Notes: a model not told the origin generated them from the sequence alone. Counted from the first letter of the stretch, positions 45,615 to 55,282 are shown. The stretch: DNA of 64,000 bases from an uncultured Clostridia bacterium (GCA_944363045.1 CALVTT010000002.1:14474-78473), one strand, 5' to 3'. A program made the numbers and translations.

Positions 45615-46003
45615 ATGAGTCGGATAAGCGATGTGATGAGGTTAAACACGCTCTCTAAAATGGGGACTGCCAGCACGAGAACGATGATCTTGCCCGCAAA
45701 GATGAGTTTGTCCGCCAACGAATTTTGCCCGAAATCATTCAGGATCCCTGCGCTGAACTCGACGAGATAGCCGATACCGACCATCTTGAGAAGCGTTTTG
45801 ATGAGGGCGGCGTCGATGCCCGTGCTATCTGCGAGCTCTCCGAAGAGGGAGAAGCTGTCCTTGACGATATCGAGAACAAAGAGCAACAGGATGATACATC
45901 CTGCCACGGTGATGGCAAAGGAGAGCTCCGGGCGAGTAGATTTCAAGAGGATCGCCGTGACCGCCGTCACAAAGGCGATGCCGATGAGCTGAAAGAGCTG
46001 CAC
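45611..46003 (-). CDS. spoIIIAD: Stage III sporulation protein AD
   Basis: It aligns by eye with B. subtilis SpoIIIAD (IGIGYLVEFSAGIL ... AGKIIVLVLAVPIL). Confidence 0.8.
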   Translation of the reverse strand: MQLFQLIGIAFVTAVTAILLKSTRPELSFAITVAGCIILLLFVLDIVKDSFSLFGELADSTGIDAALIKTLLKMVGIGYLVEFSAGILNDFGQNSLADKLIFAGKIIVLVLAVPILESVFNLITSLIRLI

Positions 46004-46201
46004 TCAGCTCACCCCGAAGATCTCTTGGATCGCAGTAAAGAGATCCCCGATCATGGTGACGGCGACGGTGAGCACGATGACGAGCCCCACGATGGAGACG
46101 ACGGTGGCGATGTCGTCGCGGTCAGATTTTTTCAGCACCTGGCAGACGACGGTGATGACGATGCCGATGGCTGCCAGCTTAAAAATGACGGAAATATCCA
46201 T
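46004..46201 (-). CDS. spoIIIAC: Stage III sporulation protein AC
   Basis: It is a 65-aa two-TM protein. MDISVIFKLAAIGIV resembles B. subtilis SpoIIIAC. Confidence 0.8.
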   Translation of the reverse strand: MDISVIFKLAAIGIVITVVCQVLKKSDRDDIATVVSIVGLVIVLTVAVTMIGDLFTAIQEIFGVS

Positions 46202-46203
46202 GT

Positions 46204-46674
46204 TCAGATGATGAGCACGACGAGCGCGAGCCCCGCCAAGAGGCCGAGTTTGAGATAGAGCTCCGTCCGTGCCTTTGCCTCCCGTTCACTTTGCAACTTC
46301 AACTCCTCAAGTCTCTTTGACTGTGCCGCATAAAACGCCGTCTGCGTATGCGCGTCTCCCCTGCCCAGCCGACGGAAGTAATTTTCACTGTCCGTCCGCT
46401 CCTCCGCGGCAAGGAAGGGAAGATCGAACGAAACCGTTCGCTCTTTACAAAATTTTTCCACCGCTTTGCCAAATTCGCCCTCATAAGTTTCCTCCTGCAA
46501 AAAGCGCATGAGCTGCCGCCTTTCATAGGAAAGTTCGGCAAGATAGCGCTCGTTGAAGCGGGAAAACTCTGCAAAATAGCGCTTCCGCACGCGGTATTTC
46601 CCCGCCAGGAAGTAGCCGAGAAAAGTCGTAAATGCGACGAGAAGCACCGCGACCAGGACTTTAATCAAGATCAT
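46204..46674 (-). CDS. spoIIIAB: Stage III sporulation protein AB
   Basis: MILIKVLVAVLLV..FLGYFLAGKY resembles the AB N-terminus. There is an alternative ATG at 46686. Confidence 0.7.
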   Translation of the reverse strand: MILIKVLVAVLLVAFTTFLGYFLAGKYRVRKRYFAEFSRFNERYLAELSYERRQLMRFLQEETYEGEFGKAVEKFCKERTVSFDLPFLAAEERTDSENYFRRLGRGDAHTQTAFYAAQSKRLEELKLQSEREAKARTELYLKLGLLAGLALVVLII

Positions 46675-47500
46675 TCCCCGCCTCATCCAATACGGCCTTT
46701 ATCCGCCCCAGCCCCGATAGCAGCACATAGCGCGAAAAGAGCTTTTCCCGCACATCCTCATAGCGCGTGAGATGCGCCGAGGCGAACACCGCAACGCCGC
46801 CCGCGATCGCCCGCCGCACCGCTTCGAAGTCTTCTGGAAGGAGCTCGTCCGTGACGATAAGATCGGGCCGCATGGCGCGGATGCCCGCCGTAAATGCCGT
46901 CAGTTTCCCCGCAAAGCGAATAACATCGCTCGTCTCCCCCGTCTCCCCCGCCGAAAGCTCTCCCCGTTCATCACTGACGAGCACATTCGCCCGCAAGCGC
47001 TCGCAGGCGAGACGGGATAGATCGCGCAGGAGCGTCGTCTTCCCCCACCCCGGCGGCGATAAGAGGAGGAGGGAGCAGAGCCCGCCCGCAAGGCATCTTT
47101 TATAAATTTCCTCGGCGCAGCCTTTGACCTCATGCGGCACGCGGATGCAGAGGGAAGTGACGCTGTGTACGGACAGCACGCCCTTGCCCTCATAGACATA
47201 GGTGCCCGCGATGCCCACGCGCTCGCCCTCCGCCGCCGTCACAAAGCCCTGGCGGAGTTCGTTCTCCACGGCGTGTACGGAATAGCCGCACGCCCCATAG
47301 AAGGTCTCCTCCACCTCCTCCTGCGTAGGATGCAGCGCGCTTTTCTTGTTTTGTACGCGCCCGCAGCGGCCGAGCGGCACCGAGCTGCCCTTTATGTTGG
47401 CATACAGCGGCCTTCCCGCACGCACGCGAAGTTCATAGAGCTGCATGAGATCGACGTGCGACACGGCCTCTTTGAGCCGCGGTGAAAGAAATTCCAGCAT
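46661..47500 (-). CDS. spoIIIAA: Stage III sporulation protein AA (ATPase)
   Basis: Walker A is SPPGWGKTTLLRD. The N-terminus MLEFLSPRLKEAV..LYELRVRAGRPL parallels B. subtilis AA. ATG 47500 is preferred because the upstream part of the track ORF covers the terminators and promoter. Confidence 0.8.
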   Translation of the reverse strand: MLEFLSPRLKEAVSHVDLMQLYELRVRAGRPLYANIKGSSVPLGRCGRVQNKKSALHPTQEEVEETFYGACGYSVHAVENELRQGFVTAAEGERVGIAGTYVYEGKGVLSVHSVTSLCIRVPHEVKGCAEEIYKRCLAGGLCSLLLLSPPGWGKTTLLRDLSRLACERLRANVLVSDERGELSAGETGETSDVIRFAGKLTAFTAGIRAMRPDLIVTDELLPEDFEAVRRAIAGGVAVFASAHLTRYEDVREKLFSRYVLLSGLGRIKAVLDEAGNDLD

Positions 47501-47506
47501 CGCTCT

Positions 47507-47535
47507 ATTGTATGGGACGGGCCGCCGCAATATGA
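47507..47535 (-). promoter_or_regulatory. Sigma-E-type promoter for spoIIIA (TCATATT-14-CATACAAT), -10 ends 6 nt before the ATG
   Basis: The minus strand reads TCATATT (47535-47529), a 14-nt spacer, and CATACAAT (47514-47507). This matches the B. subtilis sigma-E consensus (ATATT-N14-CATACA-T, as I recall it). spoIIIA is a classical sigma-E operon. Confidence 0.55.
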
Positions 47536-47537
47536 AA

Positions 47538-47564
47538 GGGGCTGCCCCGAGAAAGGGCAGCCCC
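47538..47564 (-). terminator. Second (distal) hairpin after the GH51-like gene
   Basis: Stem GGGGCTGCCC / GGGCAGCCCC (10 bp) is followed on the minus strand by TTTCATATT. Confidence 0.5.
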
Positions 47565-47584
47565 AAGAAAAAATTTTGTCGAAA

Positions 47585-47612
47585 AAGGCTCCCCGCCTGA
47601 GCGGAGAGCCTT
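47585..47612 (-). terminator. Rho-independent terminator after the GH51-like gene
   Basis: On the minus strand, AAGGCTCTCCGC-TCAG-GCGGGGAGCCTT (one G-U) is followed by TTTC. Confidence 0.6.
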
Positions 47613-47622
47613 ACAAATGCGA

Positions 47623-50226
47623 TCATTCGATGACGAACACGTTGACGGAATTGTTCTTGACAGTCGCCTTCAGAACGTTGCCCTCGAGCACATATTCCGT
47701 GACGGTGGGCTCGATGTTATGCGTCTTGCCCGCCTTCATCTTGATCTCGTTGATGACGGTGGGATCCTCGTGCCAAAGCGTCGTCTGCGTGACTTTGCTC
47801 TTGGGACCGAAGTGCACAAGGTCTGCCTGCATCTCCTCATCCTGACCGGAGACGTTGACGACCTTGAGATAGATCTTGCCGTCGTCGCCGACTGTGACGC
47901 TGTTGAAGATGCGCTCGTTGACCTTCCAGATGTTCTTGAAGAGGATCTCGTGCCAATGGCCGTCCTTCTGCAAGTAGGCGTTGAAGGTCTTCTGCGTGTA
48001 GATGAGCTTCATCTTGTTGCCTTCGGGGCTGTAACCGATGAACTTATCCTTGCCCATCATCTCGCAGACGGTGCGGATGAAGTCCACGCGCTTATCGAAG
48101 GAGACGTCGTAGCCCTTGTGGTTCTTGCCGTATTGGCAGCAGATGGAGAAGCCTGCGCAGTCCATCGTGCCCGCGTCGCGCACGTCCTTGACGCCCACTC
48201 CCGCAATGAAGCTCTGCTCGCCCGAAAGGCGGCGGAAGTCGATCTCCACTTCGCAGTCGGAGAAGTCCTGCGCGTCGTAGTAGAAGCCGTTGAAAGCGTC
48301 GCTCTCCTCGATGATGAGCTTGCCGTCCTCGATGTGGCCGCCGCGGCAGTTGGGGTAGATCTTCCAGCCGCCGAGGCCGTCCTTGAAGTCATGGAAGTAG
48401 ACGACGTTGCCCGTCTTGATGTCCTTGACCTTGACGGAGGTGACGGCGCTCGCCGTTCTGTGACCGCCGATGAGGAGGCCGCCCGCGTTGTCCTCGTTGA
48501 CGGGCGCGACGTCGGTGAGGGTGTAGCTGCCCGTGTTGCCTGCAAACATCTGCTGCACATAGTAGTTGGGGGTGAACATGATGTCGCGCGCGTTGAACCA
48601 GATCATGTTGGGGGTCCAGCGGTAGTTGTAGGTGGAGGCAAACAGGGGCGCATAGCAGGTCATCTTGACGACGTCGGAGTTGCGCTCGCAGCCCGTGAGG
48701 AAGGCGGCTTCGGAGAGGGCGGAGCGCAGGTTATTGTCGCCGTTGAGGCGGCCCCTGCCGTCTGCCATCGTGTGCATGGCGTACTCGCCCATGAACACCT
48801 TGGCACCGTCGCGGTCGTAACAGTCATAGCGCTTGGTATTGTCGATGAACCACTGATAGGAGTTGTAGACGTGCTCGTCGACGATCATGTCGCGGTACTT
48901 CTCGTTGATGACCTTCCAGGAATCGTTGGAATCGGAGGGACGGATATCGACGCCCGCCGTCGTCACCACGGTGATATGGAAGAGGTCGAGAAGGTCGGTC
49001 TGCCTCCCCTTATACATATACTGGCGCACGCCGATGAGGCACGCCTGGAAGTTATCAAAGTACTCGAAGCCCCAATTCTCGTTGCCGATGCCGATGTATT
49101 CGAGCTCAAAGGGCTCGGGATGCCCCATATCCGCACGCACCTTCGCCCAATAGGACTCATTGGCGTCCGAGGAGGCAATGTCGCCCTTCGCAAAGAAGAT
49201 GAGGTCGGCGACGTTGTCGATGACTTCCGTCTGGAACTCATGCGTGCCGGGCAGGATGCGCTGATAGCCCGTCTTGCGCTGCTCGCCCATGCGGATCTGG
49301 CACAGAAGGCCGCAGTGGAGCACGGGGAGAGGCGCCATCTTCAGATCCTCGCAGAGGCAGAAGTACTCGTAAAAGCCGATGCCGTACGACTGCATATAGC
49401 GCCAGACGTTGGGCACCTGCTTGCGCTGCTCGAGGGGTCCCACCGTGTTTCTCCACTTATACTGATATTGGAAAGCGACGTCGCCTTCGACGACGCAGCC
49501 GCCGGGGAAACGCAGGAAGGAGGGATGGCAGTCCTTCAGGACCTCGACGAAGCGGGGGGAGAACTTGCCGTTGCGGTACTTATCGGGATCGCCCCAGCTC
49601 GAGGCGGGCAGCAGGGAGACATAGTCGATGCCGATCTTGCCGTTGCCCTCGAGGATGATGCAAAGGCGCCCCATCGTGTCCTTCTCGGCGACGACGGAGG
49701 TCGAGACCTTGATCCAATCGCCCTCATTGCCTTCGGGGATGGCGATCTCGCCGATGGTGGTATGGCGGCCGTGCGCGCCCTTGATGAACACCTTGGCGGT
49801 GCCCTTGAAGCCGAGGCGCTTGATGAACATGGAGAAGTTGTACGTCTCGCCGTTCTTGACGGGCATGCCGTACATATCATAGCTGCCGACCGTGTAGTAA
49901 CCGGGGTTTTCGAGGTGATAGATGCCGCCCACGCTCAAATGCAAAAAGCTTGGGTTGTTCGCGTTCATGCCGCCGACCGTCATGATCTTCTTGGGGCCTG
50001 CGCCATAGAGATCCCAAGCGTAATAGCTCTGCTTGCGCGCCTCGACGGGGCTCTCTGCATTGTAGTCGTCGTAGGTGAAGTACTCGAACTCGAACGAGTT
50101 GTTGATCACCATCTCGGCATTCATGCCGCCGTCCGCCGACTGGTTGATGTCTTCGAAGAACAGGCCGTAGAGGTGTTTAGAGACATCGACGCCCTTCTTG
50201 TTCGCATCCAAAGTGTAATTGAGCAT
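47623..50226 (-). CDS. Large GH51-like alpha-L-arabinofuranosidase with N-terminal CBM-like and extra C-terminal domains
   Basis: LYGLFFEDINQSADGG..AE, LRFPGGC and IGIGNENWG (acid/base Glu region) are GH51 signatures. ATG 50226 has AAGGAG upstream. There is no signal peptide. Confidence 0.7.
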   Translation of the reverse strand: MLNYTLDANKKGVDVSKHLYGLFFEDINQSADGGMNAEMVINNSFEFEYFTYDDYNAESPVEARKQSYYAWDLYGAGPKKIMTVGGMNANNPSFLHLSVGGIYHLENPGYYTVGSYDMYGMPVKNGETYNFSMFIKRLGFKGTAKVFIKGAHGRHTTIGEIAIPEGNEGDWIKVSTSVVAEKDTMGRLCIILEGNGKIGIDYVSLLPASSWGDPDKYRNGKFSPRFVEVLKDCHPSFLRFPGGCVVEGDVAFQYQYKWRNTVGPLEQRKQVPNVWRYMQSYGIGFYEYFCLCEDLKMAPLPVLHCGLLCQIRMGEQRKTGYQRILPGTHEFQTEVIDNVADLIFFAKGDIASSDANESYWAKVRADMGHPEPFELEYIGIGNENWGFEYFDNFQACLIGVRQYMYKGRQTDLLDLFHITVVTTAGVDIRPSDSNDSWKVINEKYRDMIVDEHVYNSYQWFIDNTKRYDCYDRDGAKVFMGEYAMHTMADGRGRLNGDNNLRSALSEAAFLTGCERNSDVVKMTCYAPLFASTYNYRWTPNMIWFNARDIMFTPNYYVQQMFAGNTGSYTLTDVAPVNEDNAGGLLIGGHRTASAVTSVKVKDIKTGNVVYFHDFKDGLGGWKIYPNCRGGHIEDGKLIIEESDAFNGFYYDAQDFSDCEVEIDFRRLSGEQSFIAGVGVKDVRDAGTMDCAGFSICCQYGKNHKGYDVSFDKRVDFIRTVCEMMGKDKFIGYSPEGNKMKLIYTQKTFNAYLQKDGHWHEILFKNIWKVNERIFNSVTVGDDGKIYLKVVNVSGQDEEMQADLVHFGPKSKVTQTTLWHEDPTVINEIKMKAGKTHNIEPTVTEYVLEGNVLKATVKNNSVNVFVIE

Positions 50227-50293
50227 AGAGAGAAAAACTCCTTGCGTGTTTCGCGCTGTCTGCGCACGGGTCCGCCACCCGATTTGCGCCCCT

Positions 50294-50322
50294 ATTATAA
50301 CAGGCAAAATCGATTTCGTCAA
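50294..50322 (-). promoter_or_regulatory. Promoter for the GH51-like gene (TTGACG-17-TATAAT)
   Basis: The minus strand reads TTGACG (50322-50317), a 17-nt spacer, and TATAAT (50299-50294). Confidence 0.55.
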
Positions 50323-50371
50323 CGTTTTGATGAAACATTTTACCTTTTCTTAAAAGAAAAATTCGTGAAAA

Positions 50372-51964
50372 TCAGGAGCCCGTATTTTTATCACCGCTCT
50401 CCCCTTCCTTCCCCTCGGAATAACGCAGTTTTTTGAGGAAAACAGTGAGCTTTCTGCCCAGCGGGCCGAGGTGGGCGCGGAAGTTTTTATCGAGCGCCGT
50501 CACAAGGGCGATGGGAACGAGCGCCAGCCCCACGGCGATGAAGCCGTTGGCAAAGAAGGTCGCAACAGGGCTTGAAAGCTCCACGCGGCAGAAGTGCAGG
50601 ATACAGAGCATACCCACAAAGAGAGCGATGAGGGCATAGTTTTTGAGATAATATTTGCCTGCCTTGCACTCGAAGACATACTTATGCAGCACATGGGGCT
50701 CGACGATATGGCAGATAAAGAGATTGGTAATGATGGTCGCCACGATGACCCCCACGACGCCGCTCTCTTCCGAGCCAAAGAGAAGCACGAGGGCGATAGA
50801 GAGAATGACGTTGAGAATGCCCTCGATAAGGGGCTTCCAGCGGTCATAATAAAAAGTGCCCGTCGCATCGCGGAAGAGGAGCACCGCCTGCCGCATGAAT
50901 TGGATGAAGTAGTTGACGGTGATGACGAAGGAGACCGAGCGCGCCATCTCCAGCTCCCCGCCTCCGCCGAAGCAGAAGGTGACGAGCTCGTCGATGACGG
51001 CATAATATCCGAGGAAAAAGAGGACGCCAAGGGCGAAGTTGAAGGTGTGGAAGAAATCGAAATAGGGCTTGACCGCCTCCTTCTCCTCCACGCATAGGTG
51101 CCCGATGACGGAAGTGAGCGGCGTAAAGAAGAGGGAGATGACGCTGACCATTGCCACCATGATGGTGGTATAGTTGGAGTACTTGCCCACCACCACGATG
51201 CCAATGAAGGCAGAGATGATGACGGAGTCCGCCGTATTGACGAGCACGCTGCCCACCTTGTGCATAAAGATCGCCCTGACGTTCCTGGAGACCTCGCGCT
51301 TTGTCGCAGCGTCTGCGCGCGCCTTGCTCCTTAAAATGGCGGAGTATTCCCTGCGCGTCACGATCTCCGTCACCGCCCACTGAAAGAGCGTGGAGGCGAT
51401 GGTGCAGGCGAGAAAGACTTCGAAGGAGCGAAAGGTAAAGAGCACGGCGATCTGCAGCCCCTGCTGGAGCAGCATCCCCAGCGAAGTGATGGTCGTCGTG
51501 ACGTAATTATTTTTATAGGCGTTGATGAGCGAGCTCTTGGCGCTAAAGGCGTAAGAGATGAGGATGGAGGCGAGCATCAGCGCGAAGGAAAGGTACAAAT
51601 TGACGCCCGCTTCCGCATAGCCCTTGGCAAGATAGGGCAAAAACGCCATAAAGACGGCGCCCAAAACGAGGATGACGCCGCCGATGATGAGATAGAGCCG
51701 CGAAAAAAGGCGGTACAGCGCCGCCACTTTTTCATCGTCCCCCTCCACGATGGGACGGTACATACAATAGGTGATCACGCTCCCCACGCCGAGCTCGGCC
51801 ACAGACATGGAGCCGATGACCGTCGTATAGAGAGAGTTGAGCCCGTTGACCGCATCGCCGAGTTCGGATATGAGCAGCCGCCTGACGAGCAGCGTCCCCA
51901 AGAGGATGAGGATCTTGAAGACGATGGAGACGGCGACATTTTTTATGCCTCTTTTTTTATCCAC
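50372..51964 (-). CDS. Polysaccharide flippase (MOP/Wzx family)
   Basis: It is a 530-aa polytopic protein with the typical Wzx-like N-terminus (VSIVFKILILLGTLLVRRLL). It sits in a glycosyltransferase cluster. Confidence 0.75.
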   Translation of the reverse strand: MDKKRGIKNVAVSIVFKILILLGTLLVRRLLISELGDAVNGLNSLYTTVIGSMSVAELGVGSVITYCMYRPIVEGDDEKVAALYRLFSRLYLIIGGVILVLGAVFMAFLPYLAKGYAEAGVNLYLSFALMLASILISYAFSAKSSLINAYKNNYVTTTITSLGMLLQQGLQIAVLFTFRSFEVFLACTIASTLFQWAVTEIVTRREYSAILRSKARADAATKREVSRNVRAIFMHKVGSVLVNTADSVIISAFIGIVVVGKYSNYTTIMVAMVSVISLFFTPLTSVIGHLCVEEKEAVKPYFDFFHTFNFALGVLFFLGYYAVIDELVTFCFGGGGELEMARSVSFVITVNYFIQFMRQAVLLFRDATGTFYYDRWKPLIEGILNVILSIALVLLFGSEESGVVGVIVATIITNLFICHIVEPHVLHKYVFECKAGKYYLKNYALIALFVGMLCILHFCRVELSSPVATFFANGFIAVGLALVPIALVTALDKNFRAHLGPLGRKLTVFLKKLRYSEGKEGESGDKNTGS

Positions 51965-52977
51965 CTCGTTACCTCATAGCGCGCAACGCGCAGTACATCC
52001 TTCCCCTTCCGCAAAATACGGTAGAGGGAAAAGAGCCGATGCCTGAGGAGGTATGCCTTGACGCCCTTCCCGTACTTTTCGAGCAGGCGGCGGAACTTGG
52101 GCTCGCTCAAGATACGCTTTGCGAGCTCATCGTTCTTAAAGCGGACCGCCTCCCCCATCACCGACTGATGATAAAAATAATAGTAATATTCGAGCGTCTC
52201 TTCGGGGAAGCCGAACCGCTCCTTCTTGTCCTCAAAAAAGGCGTTGAGATTTTTACAGTCCACAAGATAGCGCGGCAGCTTTTCGGGAGAATTGCAGATA
52301 GATCCTACAACGTCGCAGCGGTGGTAATAGAGATGATCGGAGAGGAAGTACATCGATTTTATCTGCGAAAGATAGGGCCTTGAGATGCTGTCGTCCTCAT
52401 ACATGGAGATATCCTCCATCGTATCGGGGAGGATCTCCCTGAGGAGCGCCGTGCGAAACACCTTTGCCCAGCGCAGGACGGGGATCTCATGTTCGTGCTG
52501 CCCCTTAAAAAAAAGATATTTCTCTTTGATGCGCTCAAGCTCCTCGCCGAGATACCCTCCCTGCGGGATATCGAGCGAACCGCACGTCTTTTTCTGCGAC
52601 TTGGCATAGACCTCCACCCAACCGTGCTGGATGAGGTCGTACTCCCTGAGGCGCAGAAGGCTCTCCACTGTCTCAAAGAGGGCAGGCGAGACATAATCGT
52701 CGGCATCGACAAAGATGATATACTCCCCCGCGGCTCGCTCCACGCCGAACTTCCAGGTGCGGAAAACGCCCTCGTTGCGCTTGGAGAACACTTTGATGCG
52801 GGGATCTTTGTACATCATGAGGATCTCGAGTGAGCGGTCGGCAGAGCCGTCGTCCACGGCGATGACTTCGATGTCCTCCAAAGGTGAGGCAAGGATACTG
52901 TCGATACACTGAGTAAGATAACCCTCTGCATTGTAGACGGGAACGATGACGCTGATCTTCTTTTCATATTCTCTCAT
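51943..52977 (-). CDS. Glycosyltransferase family 2
   Basis: ISVIVPVYNAE, VIAVDDGSAD and FVDADD (DxD) are present. Confidence 0.8.
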   Translation of the reverse strand: MREYEKKISVIVPVYNAEGYLTQCIDSILASPLEDIEVIAVDDGSADRSLEILMMYKDPRIKVFSKRNEGVFRTWKFGVERAAGEYIIFVDADDYVSPALFETVESLLRLREYDLIQHGWVEVYAKSQKKTCGSLDIPQGGYLGEELERIKEKYLFFKGQHEHEIPVLRWAKVFRTALLREILPDTMEDISMYEDDSISRPYLSQIKSMYFLSDHLYYHRCDVVGSICNSPEKLPRYLVDCKNLNAFFEDKKERFGFPEETLEYYYYFYHQSVMGEAVRFKNDELAKRILSEPKFRRLLEKYGKGVKAYLLRHRLFSLYRILRKGKDVLRVARYEVTRWIKKEA

Positions 52978-54253
52978 TGGTATCCTCCGCGGAAGGCTGA
53001 TCCTCTTTCTGCTGCTTACCTGTCTGTTCTTTCAAACCGCCCCATAGAACGCCGAAGCACATCCAGTGATATAAACGCAAATAACCCTGATTGATCTGCA
53101 AGACGATCGTAAACAAGACGAGAGCAACGGCAAAGGCAACAAGAAGAAAGGCGCCCTCCGTGTGTTCACGGTGATAGTGGATGACCGTACGGATGACGAG
53201 CGACGCCGAGAGGCCGTAAAAGGCGACGAATCCGCCGATGCCGAGCGTTGCCAAAAGTTCCAACGAAACATTGGTAGGCATATAACCCGCCTCCTGCCCC
53301 AGATAGAGCCCGTAATTTCCCGGTCCAACGCCAAAAAACGGATTTTCAAGGAATACCTTCCACGTCTCTGACCAACCTTCGATCCTGCCGCCCGAAGCAT
53401 CGTCAAGGGAGGAGCCGAACAACCTGCCGACAAACACTTCAAACATGGACGAAAATGCGAGCGCAAGAATAAAAACAAATACCAAAAGCAGCACGGGAAA
53501 GAGAAGTTTCTTGGCGGTGACACCCTGTGCGATCCAAATACAATAGGCAGTAACAACGGCAAGGGCGATCCCGATAAAGCCCGAAGTCGAAGTGGAGATC
53601 AAAAACATTGCAAGCCCCATCAAGAGATCGACGATATACTCCTTCCTTTGCTTGAGCAGAAACTGCATCAAGGAAAAAGTAAACCACAAAACAAGATAGG
53701 TCGCCAGATAGCTGGGCTCGTAAAACCAGAGCTGAAAACGATAGATGCCCATATATTCCCCGTAGGACGGGAGAAAAGGAAATTCATAGCCTGCAATATG
53801 TTTCAGGGCAAATTGAAGGAGCAAAATGAAGAACTGCACCTTCATCGTCAGCCGAAAAATGCGGAGAAACATATCAAACCCATAATGTTTCACATAGGAA
53901 GCCAACCCGTAAAACAAGATCGCGGTATTATAGATGATGGAACAGAAAAAGAGCACTCCGCGAAAAATGCTGACAGCAAATACCGTAGAGATGAGCGAAA
54001 AGAACAAGAAGGCGGCGATCCAACCGTTGAACGTAAGGCGATATGTGCCATTGACTATGAGCAACAGGGCAAAAACACATAAAAAGAGCTGATCGACGCG
54101 AAAGTTGACGCCGAAAAGATCGACGCCCCAACGATCGGCTCCGATAAACAACAGGGAGATAAAACAAAATAAATGCGTAAAAAAGTCAAGATCGAGACGC
54201 GTCTTGCCGATCGGACGGTGTTGTTTCCCGAATGATGCCGCCAAATTTTTCAT
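52964..54253 (-). CDS. O-antigen polymerase/ligase-like membrane protein (Wzy family)
   Basis: It has about 10-12 TM segments with a large loop near the C-terminal third. It is visibly more AT-rich than its neighbours and sits in a Wzx/GT context. Confidence 0.65.
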   Translation of the reverse strand: MKNLAASFGKQHRPIGKTRLDLDFFTHLFCFISLLFIGADRWGVDLFGVNFRVDQLFLCVFALLLIVNGTYRLTFNGWIAAFLFFSLISTVFAVSIFRGVLFFCSIIYNTAILFYGLASYVKHYGFDMFLRIFRLTMKVQFFILLLQFALKHIAGYEFPFLPSYGEYMGIYRFQLWFYEPSYLATYLVLWFTFSLMQFLLKQRKEYIVDLLMGLAMFLISTSTSGFIGIALAVVTAYCIWIAQGVTAKKLLFPVLLLVFVFILALAFSSMFEVFVGRLFGSSLDDASGGRIEGWSETWKVFLENPFFGVGPGNYGLYLGQEAGYMPTNVSLELLATLGIGGFVAFYGLSASLVIRTVIHYHREHTEGAFLLVAFAVALVLFTIVLQINQGYLRLYHWMCFGVLWGGLKEQTGKQQKEDQPSAEDTNERI

Positions 54254-55263
54254 GCCTTTATATGCTCCAAGATGGTCTCCGCGCAGCGCGCATAGCTGTA
54301 GCGGGCGAGCACCTCCTTCCGGCAGGCGATCTTCTCGGGCGGGCGGGAGAGCGCCTCTTCGAGCTCCTCCTCCCCGCGGAAGTAGACGACGGGAAGACCC
54401 GCGTAGACTTCGCGGAAGACGGGGATGTCCGAAACGATGGGCTGCGTGCCGAGCGCAAGCGCTTCGAGGGGCGGCAAGCCAAAGCCCTCGTAAACGGAGG
54501 GCAGCACAAGATACTTGGCGCGGGCGATGGCGGGCAGCAGCTCCTCATCCGAGAGCCTGCCCGTGAACTCCACGTTGCGGTAGGCAGACTCGTCGAGAGC
54601 GAGCCCCGTCAGAAAGTGCTCCTTCTCGCCGATGATCTTGAGCTTTGTCTCCCCTTCCGTCCGGGAAAAGGCGGCAAGCAGCGTCTTCAAGCCCTTGTGC
54701 GGCTTGACGTTGCCCACATAGACGATCTCATCCGCCTTCTCGGCAGGGGCGTGCGTCTCCGCATAGTTGATGACGCTCTCGGAAAGCCCGTTATAGTTGA
54801 CAAAACACTTTTTGGCAAGTTTGCCGTAGTAATGCTCTGTGCGCTCCCGGGTGAAGGCGGAGACGCAGGAAATTTCCTTCGCTCTCTTCATGCAGCGCTT
54901 CAGGAGCGTCCGCTTGACGAAGCGGTCGAAGGCGCCCTTCGTCGTCTCTTTGACGTCGAGGAAGGCGAGGTCGTGCATGATGGCAAAGACGGGCAGGCGG
55001 ATGCCGAAGGGCACCAAAAAGTTGGGGAGAAAGACGGCATCGCAGAGCTTGTTGAGCTCCCGAGGAAAGGAAAACAGGCCGCGTACGGAATAGGGGTCGC
55101 TGCCGTCCTCGACGATATGCGCCCCCTCGTACTTTGCAAGGCTCTCCCTTTTGCCGATGAGCCAATATTCATCTTTTGAAAAGTCGAGGTTTTCGAGGAT
55201 GCCTTCCGTCACCCTGCCGATGCCCGACTTCCCCAAATACCTGCAATCGATGGCGATCTTCAT
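54250..55263 (-). CDS. Glycosyltransferase family 4 (GT-B)
   Basis: MKIAIDCRYLGKSGIGR is the N-terminus, and the C-terminus has the EGFGLPPLEA (E-x7-E) motif. Confidence 0.8.
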   Translation of the reverse strand: MKIAIDCRYLGKSGIGRVTEGILENLDFSKDEYWLIGKRESLAKYEGAHIVEDGSDPYSVRGLFSFPRELNKLCDAVFLPNFLVPFGIRLPVFAIMHDLAFLDVKETTKGAFDRFVKRTLLKRCMKRAKEISCVSAFTRERTEHYYGKLAKKCFVNYNGLSESVINYAETHAPAEKADEIVYVGNVKPHKGLKTLLAAFSRTEGETKLKIIGEKEHFLTGLALDESAYRNVEFTGRLSDEELLPAIARAKYLVLPSVYEGFGLPPLEALALGTQPIVSDIPVFREVYAGLPVVYFRGEEELEEALSRPPEKIACRKEVLARYSYARCAETILEHIKA

Positions 55264-55282
55264 GAAGATCCGATGCCTCCTT

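Noticed and set aside
47617-50436. 939-aa plus-strand ORF
   Set aside because: It is antisense to the GH51-like gene, which has recognisable catalytic motifs. Its translation is a low-complexity D/V/A/L/G/H/R-rich sequence typical of shadow frames in GC3-rich genes, with no SD or promoter.
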